Assembly (NCBI GenBank): GCA_036676495.1
Contig: JAKFCT010000036.1
Span: forward strand, 1 to 54,593
Origin: Candidatus Sericytochromatia bacterium
GTDB taxonomy: Bacteria; Cyanobacteriota; Sericytochromatia; S15B-MN24; UBA4093
Direction of reading: 5' to 3'
Length of the DNA: 54,593 nucleotides
Below are positions 46,508 to 54,593 of this stretch, piece after piece. Numbering within the stretch: position 1 is the first letter of the stretch; each line of letters starts with the position of its first letter. The translations under genes were made by a program, and so were the position numbers. The notes beneath the pieces are model-generated. The model was not told the DNA's origin. It ran no database searches and saw only the letters and a program-made list of their open reading frames with translations.

Positions 46508-47082
46508 GACCTTACCTGCACCTGAAGCGTCTGGCGGACGTCGTCTTCGCGCTCCTGCTAGGGCTTTTGCTCTTGCCCTTGCTGATCGCGGTGGCGATCG
46601 CCATCCGGCTGGAATCCCCGGGGCCCGCCATCTTCCGTCAGGCCCGCATGGGCCGCGGCGGCAAGCCCTTCACCATCTACAAGTTCCGCTCGATGGTCGC
46701 CGACGCTCCCAAGCTCGGGCCCGAGCTCACCGAGCGGAACGATCCCCGGGTCACGCGCGTGGGGCGCCTCCTGCGCCGCACGTCGGTGGATGAGTTCCCG
46801 CAGCTCTGGAACATCCTCAAGGGGGACATGAGCTTCATCGGGCCGCGCCCCGAGGTGCCGGCGATCGTCGCCTCCGAGTGGAGCGACGACGACCGGGAGC
46901 GCGTGCTCTCCGTCCGGCCCGGCCTGAGCGGCTGGGCCCAGATTCACGGCCGGGACGACCTGAGCATCCCCACCAAGCTCCGCTACGACCGGGAGTACGC
47001 CGAGCGCGTCTCGCTGGGGCTCGACCTGGCCATCCTCTGGCGCACCCCCCTCATCCTGCTCACGGGTCAGGGCATCAAGTAG
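46504..47082 (+). CDS. Monotopic phosphoglycosyl transferase (PglC/WlbG-like)
   Basis: [24 protein letters not shown] and GPRPE. Confidence 0.92.
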   Translation: MRPYLHLKRLADVVFALLLGLLLLPLLIAVAIAIRLESPGPAIFRQARMGRGGKPFTIYKFRSMVADAPKLGPELTERNDPRVTRVGRLLRRTSVDEFPQLWNILKGDMSFIGPRPEVPAIVASEWSDDDRERVLSVRPGLSGWAQIHGRDDLSIPTKLRYDREYAERVSLGLDLAILWRTPLILLTGQGIK

Positions 47083-47210
47083 CCGGGGCCGCCCGCTCGG
47101 ACGCCTCCTCGGGAGAGGGAAAGGGCTCGGCCTCGGGCATGTTGGCCATACGAAGACGGCGGCGCTTCCCCTTACGATGACGTCGGGGCATGAAGGGGAC
47201 GGAGCGCAAG

Positions 47211-48203
47211 ATGGCGGAACGCGCCCAGGCGGATCGGGTTCGCGACGTGATCGTCGTCGGAGGAGGGCTCGCGGGGCTTTCCGCGGCCATCTACCTCGGC
47301 CGGGCGATGCGTGACACCCTTTTGATCGACTCCCGGCATTCCATGGCCATCTGGGAGCCCGACGTCCAGAACTACCTCGGCTTCCCGGAAGGCGTCTCGG
47401 GAGAGACCTTGCTCGAACAGGGCCGCAAGCAGGTTACCCATTACGGGGCCGAGTGCCTCGAGGACGAGGTCCTCTCCGTCAGCCGTCATCCTGAGGGCTT
47501 CCAGGCCGTCACCCCGCATGCCGCGTTCGTCGCGAAGCGCCTCCTGCTCGCGACGGGCATCACGCACGTTCCCCCGGATATCCCGGAGGTCAAGCCTTGT
47601 CTCGGCCGAAGCATGTTCTTCTGCAAGGACTGCGACGCCTACCGGGTGCAGGGAAAGCGGATCGCCATCTTCGGCCATAACGACGAGGCGGTGGATTACG
47701 CGCTCGGCATGCTTCATTACAGCTCGGCCGTCATGCTGGTGACCAACGGGCATCCCCCGCTCTGGAGCGATCGCCATGAAGCCTGGATCGCCGAGTACGA
47801 GATCCCGCTCTTCACGGGGCGCATCGCACACGTGGAGCATGAGGGCGGTCAGCTTCAGGCGCTGACCTTCGAAGGCGGGCGCCGGCTCGCCACCGACATC
47901 CTCTTCGCCGTCCAGGGCGATCGCTACCATAACCGCCTGGCCCGCATGCTCGATGCCGAGGTGGACGCCGAGGGCCAGGTCCGGGTGGACCTCGACGGGC
48001 AGACCAGCGTGAAGGGCCTCTACGCGGCGGGCTGCCTCACCCCGGCCAACTGCCAGATGATCGTCGCCGCCGGGCAAGGAGCCATCGCGGGGCAGGCCAT
48101 CAACCGGGACCTCTTCGACACGGAGTTGCGCCTCGGCACGCTCCGGCGCCTCCGCTGCGCCCAGGTGCAGCACGATCCGACGCTTCCGGAGCTCCTCGAC
48201 TGA
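47211..48203 (+). CDS. Thioredoxin-reductase-like FAD/NAD(P) oxidoreductase
   Basis: GGGLAG, LLATG, CKDC and TSVKGLYAAG; alternative start at 47190. Confidence 0.85.
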   Translation: MAERAQADRVRDVIVVGGGLAGLSAAIYLGRAMRDTLLIDSRHSMAIWEPDVQNYLGFPEGVSGETLLEQGRKQVTHYGAECLEDEVLSVSRHPEGFQAVTPHAAFVAKRLLLATGITHVPPDIPEVKPCLGRSMFFCKDCDAYRVQGKRIAIFGHNDEAVDYALGMLHYSSAVMLVTNGHPPLWSDRHEAWIAEYEIPLFTGRIAHVEHEGGQLQALTFEGGRRLATDILFAVQGDRYHNRLARMLDAEVDAEGQVRVDLDGQTSVKGLYAAGCLTPANCQMIVAAGQGAIAGQAINRDLFDTELRLGTLRRLRCAQVQHDPTLPELLD

Positions 48204-48336
48204 CATGAATTAGCCCTGATCGGCAATTGGCTTCTGCGTCTCCCCCGACTATCCTGGGGGCGCGCCCCATGAGCGCGACCGTCGGGAAAGCGGGCACGCG
48301 CTCTCGGTTCCGAAGAGAAAACCTATGGAGGGCCTG

Positions 48337-49554
48337 ATGAAAGCCGTCGTTTTTCGCGGAGTCGGAGACATTCGGCTCGAGGACGTCCCGGATCCCCGGC
48401 TCAAGGAGCCGACCGACGCCATCGTGCGTTTGACCGCCAGCGCCATCTGCGGGACGGACCTGCACATGGTGCGCGGCACCATGTCCGGCATGCAGCCCGG
48501 CACCATCCTCGGCCACGAAGGGGTCGGGATCGTCGAGGAGCTGGGCTCCGACGTTCGCAACCTCTCGGTGGGCGATCGCGTCGTGATCCCGTCCACGATC
48601 TGCTGTGGCTACTGCTCGTACTGCCGGGCGGGCTACACCTCCCAGTGCGACAACGCCAACCCGAACGGGCCGGCGGCCGGCACCGCCTTCTACGGGGGCC
48701 CCGCCGAGTCCGGCCCCTTCGACGGCATGCAGGCCGAGAAGGTCCGGGTGCCTTTCGCCAGCGCCAACCTCGTGAAGCTTCCCGAGGAAATCACCGACGA
48801 GCAGGCCATCCTGCTGTCGGATATCTTCCCCACGGGCTACTTCGGGGCGGACGTCGCGGAGATCGCGCCCGGCAACACCGTGGCGGTCTTCGGCTGCGGG
48901 CCGGTCGGGCAGATGGCGATCGCCTCCGCCAAGCTCATGGGGGCCGGCCGGGTCTTCGCGATCGATTGCATCCCCTCCCGGCTCGCCATGGCGCGGGCCC
49001 AGGGGGCCGAGGTGATCGATTACGAGCAGGAGAATCCCGTGGAGGCCCTCAAGCGCCTGACCGGAGGCATCGGGGTGGACCGGGCCATCGATGCGGTCGG
49101 GGTGGACGCCAACCACGCCCACCAGGGGCCGGCGGCCGAGGAGGCCAAGAAGCTCGAGAAGATCTTCCGCCAGGAGCTCGAGCAGGTCGCCCCGGAAACC
49201 AAGCCGCAGGGAGACAACTGGCATCCCGGAAACGCCCCGTCCCAGACGCTCTTCTGGGCCGTCGAGGGCCTGTGCAAGGCGGGAACCCTCTCGATCATCG
49301 GGGTCTACCCCAAGACCGTGCAGCTCTTCCCGATCGGGGCCGCGATGATGAAGAACCTCACCCTCCAGATGGGGAACTGTAACCACCGCAAGTACCTGCC
49401 GGAGCTGATCGAGCTGGTGAGGACCGGGGCGCTCGATCCCAGCACGATTCTCACCCAGAAGAAGCCCCTCAAGACGGTCATCGAGGCCTTCCAGGAGTTC
49501 GACAAGCGCACCTCGGACTGGATCAAGGTCGAGTTGAAGCCGACCTCGGTCTAG
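48337..49554 (+). CDS. Zinc-dependent alcohol/formaldehyde dehydrogenase-like protein
   Basis: CGTDLH, GHE, CGYCSYC, LSDIFPTG and GCGPVG; GGAGG RBS. Confidence 0.9.
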   Translation: MKAVVFRGVGDIRLEDVPDPRLKEPTDAIVRLTASAICGTDLHMVRGTMSGMQPGTILGHEGVGIVEELGSDVRNLSVGDRVVIPSTICCGYCSYCRAGYTSQCDNANPNGPAAGTAFYGGPAESGPFDGMQAEKVRVPFASANLVKLPEEITDEQAILLSDIFPTGYFGADVAEIAPGNTVAVFGCGPVGQMAIASAKLMGAGRVFAIDCIPSRLAMARAQGAEVIDYEQENPVEALKRLTGGIGVDRAIDAVGVDANHAHQGPAAEEAKKLEKIFRQELEQVAPETKPQGDNWHPGNAPSQTLFWAVEGLCKAGTLSIIGVYPKTVQLFPIGAAMMKNLTLQMGNCNHRKYLPELIELVRTGALDPSTILTQKKPLKTVIEAFQEFDKRTSDWIKVELKPTSV

Positions 49555-49576
49555 CCCGAACCCGTCGCATGGCGCC

Positions 49577-49607
49577 ACGGCAAGCCGGAGCCTTTTCGGC
49601 TTGCCGT
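49577..49607 (+). terminator. Hairpin terminator
   Basis: acggcaagccg...cggcttgccgt. Confidence 0.6.
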
Positions 49608-49659
49608 CTTCGTGCGCTTGCGCCACCATGAAGGGCCCCCCGTATGAGAGGACGACGCC

Positions 49660-49926
49660 ATGACCCTCAATTCCCGCCAGCAAGCCGATTACCTCGTTCG
49701 CGATCTCTTCCGGGAGCGCCACGGGATCGACGTCCCGTACGAGTCGCACCGGGAGCTGAAAGGCCACCGCATCTCCACCACGATGAAGGCCCTTTCCCTG
49801 CTCGGCTTCGACGCCGCAGACCAGGACCGCTACCTCAAGCAGTACATGAACTTCTGGGACGACGCGACCTACGCCGGCCTCGCGCGCTACCTCACCACCG
49901 TCCTGGCCCGCCGCCCCGGCGAGTAA
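49660..49926 (+). CDS. Hypothetical protein (88 aa)
   Basis: GAGGA RBS and strong GC3 bias. Confidence 0.7.
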   Translation: MTLNSRQQADYLVRDLFRERHGIDVPYESHRELKGHRISTTMKALSLLGFDAADQDRYLKQYMNFWDDATYAGLARYLTTVLARRPGE

Positions 49927-50041
49927 CCCGACGGCTTAAGGTAAGCTTAACTTCCTTTTACTCTCGTCTTGGTGAGGTGAAATCCGGGGTAAGGCTATAT
50001 GTAAATGAGTTTAATGACCCCTGTACAAAGACGAGGAATTC

Positions 50042-50533
50042 ATGACGCGTCACCTGCTTCCACTGGCCCTGACGGCCGCCCTGTTGGCGGGCTGCGGGGC
50101 TCCCGCGCCTCAGCCCCTTCCCTCGCAAAACCAGACGCTCTCGGCCCGCGACCTCAACCTGGTCAAGTCGGCCATCAAGCAGGCCGTGAGCCGCGAGTTC
50201 ACCAAGCTCGACACCAACCGCGACAAGCGCTTGACCAAGCAAGAGCTCTCCCGGAAGAGCCCGTTGTTTTTGGTCCTCTTCCAGACCATCGACCTCGACA
50301 TGGACGGCTACGTCACCTATGACGAGTTCCTCAACCGCATGGCCGGCAACATGGAAGTCGTCTCGCGCCTTCTCTTCGCCCTCATGGACAGCAACGACGA
50401 CGGGCAGGTCACCTCGGCGGATCTCAGCAAGTTCCTGATCGCGCTCTTCGACGCCGACAACGACCGGAAGGTCTCCTTCGACGAGTTCCAGCGCTTCATC
50501 ACCAGCCCCGTGATGATCAACACCCCATGGTAG
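50042..50533 (+). CDS. Lipoprotein with four EF-hand motifs
   Basis: LLAGC lipobox; DTNRDKRLTKQE, DLDMDGYVTYDE, DSNDDGQVTSAD and DADNDRKVSFDE. Confidence 0.88.
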   Translation: MTRHLLPLALTAALLAGCGAPAPQPLPSQNQTLSARDLNLVKSAIKQAVSREFTKLDTNRDKRLTKQELSRKSPLFLVLFQTIDLDMDGYVTYDEFLNRMAGNMEVVSRLLFALMDSNDDGQVTSADLSKFLIALFDADNDRKVSFDEFQRFITSPVMINTPW

Positions 50534-50565
50534 TTTGCACCTCGAGTTTACGGAGCCTTCAACGC

Positions 50566-51231
50566 ATGCGAAATCGGATCAGCCTCCTCGTGATGACGAC
50601 CTTCCTGGCCAGCAGCTTGACCGGGTGCGGTCAGCTCGTCCACACTCCTCTGACCCCCGGGGTGGCCGCCGATCTCACGGCGTCGAGCCAGAAGTCCGAC
50701 ACCATGGCCCGCGAGTTCGCCGCCCGGGTGCAGAAGCGCTTCGACGGCCTGGTCAGCACCCGCGGCTCGGTCGTCACCTTGCGCTACCAGCTCATGGCCC
50801 CGACGGTCTACGACTTCAGCAAGACCCCCCGCAACGGCCTGGTTTCGATCAGCACCAAGGACTACCAGGTCGAGATGCCTCTGGACAAGGTGATGCAGGA
50901 AGTCGAGATCGACGCCCTGCCCGCCCTGGTCATTCCCATCGCCATCGAGGTGGCGCTGGGCGCCGCCAAGGGGCTGTCGATCTACTGGCTGACGCACCGC
51001 GGCGAGAAGTTCAACAAGCAGGAGGCCATCAAGGCGACGGCCGTCGGCATGCTGGCCTCCCTCATCCCCTTCGTGGGCAACATCCCGGTCCTCGATCAGC
51101 TCTTCCCCCTGGCCGTGAACGTGCTCTCGGCCTCCAAGACCCTCCACTACAAGGATATCGCGGAGGCGGCCCTGGGCCTGGTCGACGAGATCGTGATCGT
51201 GATCTCGCAGATCAACTGGAAGAAGAAGTAA
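50566..51231 (+). CDS. Hypothetical lipoprotein with a hydrophobic C-terminal half
   Basis: SLTGC lipobox, GGAG RBS and GC3 bias. Confidence 0.75.
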   Translation: MRNRISLLVMTTFLASSLTGCGQLVHTPLTPGVAADLTASSQKSDTMAREFAARVQKRFDGLVSTRGSVVTLRYQLMAPTVYDFSKTPRNGLVSISTKDYQVEMPLDKVMQEVEIDALPALVIPIAIEVALGAAKGLSIYWLTHRGEKFNKQEAIKATAVGMLASLIPFVGNIPVLDQLFPLAVNVLSASKTLHYKDIAEAALGLVDEIVIVISQINWKKK

Positions 51232-51243
51232 CCCGGCCTCGCG

Positions 51244-52068
51244 CTACATCCGGGTGATCAAGGACGAGCGGGAGAAGGTCTTGATGGCGACCGTGACGAT
51301 CCCGACGTTCACGAGCCAGACGACCGCTCCCAGCAGCAAGGTCAGGCCCACTCCCATGTAGAGTGCGCCGGAGACCTGGCTGACGACGAGCGCGACCACC
51401 AGCAGGACCGAGACCCCCGAGAGCTGGTTGGCCTCCATGAAGGTGCTGACCTTCGAGGAGACGAGCACGGTGAGCCCGAGGCCCATGACCGCGATGGCGG
51501 GGGTGACCCAGAGCATGAGCGGCCACCAGGTGGGAGTGGGGAACCAGACCTGCCCGACGAGGGGCCAGGAAGCCGCGTTGACCACCACGGCGTAAACCAC
51601 GAAGCTCAGCCAGGACAGGCTGATCGACGGGATCACGGCGGCCAGCATCTTGCCGACCAGCAGCTCCCCGTCGGTCGCGGGCGTGTAGAGCAGGGCTTCG
51701 AGGGTCTTGCGCTCCTTCTCGCCCGCGAAGGAGTTGGCCCCGATCAGGCTCGCGATCATGAGCGGGATGGTCAGCAGCATCGGAGCGAAGACGGTGCTGA
51801 CCATCAGCAGGCTGATCTGCTGGGCCGGCGGCAGGGGGGCGAGCATGTCGACGAAGCCGGCGGGCATGTGCTCCATCAACTTGGGGATCAGGTCGGCCGG
51901 AATGTTCATCCGGTTCTGGGGAACCTTCATCGGCATGACGATGAGCAGCAGCGGCAAGGCGATCACGACGATCAGGGGGAGCAGGAGCACCGGAGCCCAG
52001 ACGGAGCGGTTGGCGAAGACTTCCTTGAGGTCTTTGCGGGCGATCGCCCAGATGCTACGCCAGTTCAT
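51244..52068 (-). CDS. ABC-2 type exporter permease
   Basis: Six TM segments and the AGEKERKTLEALL.TP motif. Confidence 0.9.
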   Translation of the reverse strand: MNWRSIWAIARKDLKEVFANRSVWAPVLLLPLIVVIALPLLLIVMPMKVPQNRMNIPADLIPKLMEHMPAGFVDMLAPLPPAQQISLLMVSTVFAPMLLTIPLMIASLIGANSFAGEKERKTLEALLYTPATDGELLVGKMLAAVIPSISLSWLSFVVYAVVVNAASWPLVGQVWFPTPTWWPLMLWVTPAIAVMGLGLTVLVSSKVSTFMEANQLSGVSVLLVVALVVSQVSGALYMGVGLTLLLGAVVWLVNVGIVTVAIKTFSRSSLITRM

Positions 52069-52993
52069 GAGGGGCCTCCGATCGATGCTGCAGCGAGAAA
52101 TAGATGTCTTCCAGGGAGGGAGTGAGCGGGGTGACCCGGACGAGCCGGCCGCCAGCCTTCACGGCGGCGTCCACCAGGTCCGCGATCTCCGGCCGCGCGC
52201 TCACGGCGACCTGGAGCGTCTGGCCGTCCCGCGTACCCGGCAGCGCGGAGGGGATCTCGCCGTCGAATTCCAGCTCGACGCGTTGCCCTTCGTCGACCCG
52301 GCGCTCGAGCTCGGCCTTGGTGCCGGTGGCCAGGATCCGTCCCCGGCTGAAGAAGGCGAAGCGATCGCAGACGCGCTCGGCTTCGGCGAGGCGATGCGTG
52401 CAGAGGAAGACCGTGTGTCCCTGGCGCTTGAGGTCGAGGATCAGGGCATTGATCTGCTCTGCGGCTTCGGGGTCCAGGCCCGAGGTGGGCTCGTCCAGGA
52501 AGAGGACGGGGGGCTCGTGGAGGATGGCCCTGGCGATCGCGAGCCGCTGCTTCATGCCCTTGCTCAAGCCGCCCGCCTTGTCGCCCATGCGCTCCAGCAG
52601 GCCCATGCGGTCGAGGACGGCCTTGATGCGGCCATCCAGCGCGGAGGCGGGGATCCCGTAGAGGGTGCCGTAGAACTCCAGGTTGTCGTAAACCGAGAGC
52701 CCCTCGTTCAGGGAGGGGGATTCCGTGAGGACCCCCGTGAGACGGCGGACCTGATTGCCTTGCGTCACCGGATCCAGGCCCAGCACTTCCATCTTGCCGG
52801 TATCCGGGGAGATGAGACCATTCAGAAGGCGCACGGTCGTGGTCTTTCCAGAGCCGTTAGGGCCCAGGATACCGAAGACTTCGCCGGTTTGAACTTCGAG
52901 ATCGATGCCGTCCACGGCGGGGCGGCCGTCGAACGTTCGGCGGAGCCCCGTGGCCGTGATGGCAGGCTCGGCGGAAGGATGGGAGAAGGCCAT
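52055..52993 (-). CDS. ABC exporter ATP-binding protein
   Basis: GPNGSGKTT, LSKGMKQR and LDEPTSGLDP. Confidence 0.93.
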   Translation of the reverse strand: MAFSHPSAEPAITATGLRRTFDGRPAVDGIDLEVQTGEVFGILGPNGSGKTTTVRLLNGLISPDTGKMEVLGLDPVTQGNQVRRLTGVLTESPSLNEGLSVYDNLEFYGTLYGIPASALDGRIKAVLDRMGLLERMGDKAGGLSKGMKQRLAIARAILHEPPVLFLDEPTSGLDPEAAEQINALILDLKRQGHTVFLCTHRLAEAERVCDRFAFFSRGRILATGTKAELERRVDEGQRVELEFDGEIPSALPGTRDGQTLQVAVSARPEIADLVDAAVKAGGRLVRVTPLTPSLEDIYFSLQHRSEAPHELA

Positions 52994-53222
52994 GAGAACT
53001 CCTTGAAGGGATTGAGCGGTGGTGGCGGGGGATCCGGGGTGACGCTCCAGGAGAAATCATAGACGCGATGGCGTTCGAGGCCAAGCCCCTCCGGAGGGAG
53101 CGGGATTCGACTTGCCATCCAGGCGATCGTTCGCTTGAATGAACGAGGGAGAATCGAGAGGGCCGGGGTATAACCTCCTTTACTCTGTCCTTGTTGAGAG
53201 GCCTTTTCCGAGAGGAGGGGTG

Positions 53223-53999
53223 GTGCCAACTCAGTTCAGCATGACGTTCTTGGGAGTCGGAGGTGGTTTGACTCCCGAGTACGGCAACAACAATGTCCTC
53301 GTCGAGGGGCAAGAACCGGACGCGGTACTGCTCCTGGACTGCGGCTTCACCACTCCGCCGAAGCTCCTCGAGATGGGGCGGCTCGCCGAGGTCAAGCACA
53401 TCGTCATCACGCACGTTCATGCCGACCATGTGGGCGGGCTCGAGGTGATCGGGCATCTCAGCCGCTTCGTCACGAAGCAGCGCCCCCATCTCTACGTGCA
53501 TGCCACCTTGATGGACGAGCTCTGGGAAGGGTCGCTGCGCGGCGGCATGTCCCGCACGCAGGATCGCGACGGCGAGGCGGCCACGCTGGGCCTCGCGGAT
53601 TTCTTCGACGTGCATGTGCTGAGCGAGGAGGAGCCGGTGATCGCGATCGCGGGCCTTCCGCCCATCACCCTGCGGCCGACGCTGCATGTGAAGGGAAAGC
53701 CCGCGTTCAGCGTCTTTCTCGGGGATCGGGTCTACTACTCGTCGGACACCCAGTTGCTACCGCCGGGCGAGGGTCCGAGCGGCTCGCCGCTGGAGGCCAT
53801 CTTCCAGGATTGCCAGCTGGTGGGGGGGACGTCCAACGTCCACACTCCCCTGGAGCAGCTCGATCGGGAGTTGCCTCCCGATCGCAAGCGGATCACCCAT
53901 TTGATGCATTACAGCCATGGCTGGGAGGCGATCGATCCGAAAGCCATGGGCTTCGCGGAGTTCGTGCGCCCCCAGCAGCGCTTCGACTTCAGCGCTTAG
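53223..53999 (+). CDS. MBL-fold metallo-hydrolase (RNase Z/phosphodiesterase-like)
   Basis: FLGVGG, LLDCG, THVHADHVGG, SSDT and LMHY; start uncertain (53220-53241). Confidence 0.88.
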   Translation: MPTQFSMTFLGVGGGLTPEYGNNNVLVEGQEPDAVLLLDCGFTTPPKLLEMGRLAEVKHIVITHVHADHVGGLEVIGHLSRFVTKQRPHLYVHATLMDELWEGSLRGGMSRTQDRDGEAATLGLADFFDVHVLSEEEPVIAIAGLPPITLRPTLHVKGKPAFSVFLGDRVYYSSDTQLLPPGEGPSGSPLEAIFQDCQLVGGTSNVHTPLEQLDRELPPDRKRITHLMHYSHGWEAIDPKAMGFAEFVRPQQRFDFSA

Positions 54000-54136
54000 T
54001 GCGCCTGGGGTTCGGTGTCGTCGTGCTTCTCGGCCTTGAGGGCGTAGAACGAGAAGCTCAGGGTGAAGGCGGTCACGATGAAGAAAATGGTCATCATGGT
54101 GACGAGGATGCCGAGATCTTCGGGGCCGACATGCAT
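53996..54136 (-). CDS. Small single-pass membrane protein (46 aa, MHVGPEDLGILVTMMTIFFIVTAF...)
   Basis: AAGGAGG RBS, GC3-biased codons and one hydrophobic helix; below the ORF-track size cutoff. Confidence 0.7.
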   Translation of the reverse strand: MHVGPEDLGILVTMMTIFFIVTAFTLSFSFYALKAEKHDDTEPQAH

Positions 54137-54236
54137 GGAAAGATCCTCCTTGAACGAGTGGAAGCCAAAGCTAGCGCATTATACCCCAGTCGAGGGTGAG
54201 AGACTATCCGGGGAGCCAGTTTCCCCCCTGTAAGCC

Positions 54237-54265
54237 TTGAACTTCCGGGTCGCTTCGGGAATAAT
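54237..54265 (+). promoter_or_regulatory. Sigma70-like promoter of the tRNA
   Basis: TTGAAC-17 nt-AATAAT. Confidence 0.6.
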
Positions 54266-54283
54266 GGTGCTCTTACGTCTTTT

Positions 54284-54356
<73 letters not shown>

Positions 54357-54360
54357 CTAA

Positions 54361-54397
54361 GAAACCACCAGGGTTTTGGCCCTGGTGGTTCTTGTTT
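54361..54397 (+). terminator. Intrinsic terminator after the tRNA
   Basis: aaccaccaggg...ccctggtggtt followed by cttgttt. Confidence 0.8.
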
Positions 54398-54593
54398 GAT
54401 GGCTCGTGTTGTAGCCTAACTGTAGCCAGCCATCGGATTTGGTATGTGCGGTCACTATTTACGCTCTCTATGACCTGACCCCATTTACTTGGCCGAAGTG
54501 AATTGCAGCCTCAGCCCAAAATACCTTACGCCACCCCGGTTCGAGCGAGCAAGAACTCGACGGGTGGAACGTTCCCAAGTGCGCTGTGGGGTC

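Overview
A high-GC, gene-dense bacterial chromosomal segment with about 50 protein genes and one tRNA-Ile2(CAU). An RpaB-like response regulator, a cyanobacterial-type GlpX and an MglA GTPase, with no photosynthesis genes in view, suggest a non-photosynthetic relative of cyanobacteria such as Sericytochromatia (inference). In order, the window holds: mglA, a Ser/Thr kinase-TPR gene and hupE/ureJ; two paralogous PLD/cardiolipin-synthase-like genes flanking a methyltransferase; cystathionine beta-synthase and a gamma-lyase/synthase; a HAMP-GGDEF cyclase; rpaB-like, envelope, glpX and nnr genes; a GT-C-like membrane protein; a solo Cas4/AddB-like nuclease; a MalT-like regulator cassette with two lipoprotein hydrolases; yjbQ and a sugE/gdx exporter; a 16.5 kb wbp/wlb-like glycan locus; two oxidoreductases; an EF-hand lipoprotein pair; an ABC exporter; an MBL hydrolase; and a tRNA followed by a possible island edge. 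The best novelty candidate is a ~100-nt leader before the guanidinium exporter. It has a clean promoter and mutually exclusive terminator/antiterminator folds, and by eye matches none of the known guanidine riboswitch classes. No CRISPR array, transposase or integrase was seen. All calls come from visual motif recognition; no database searches were run.
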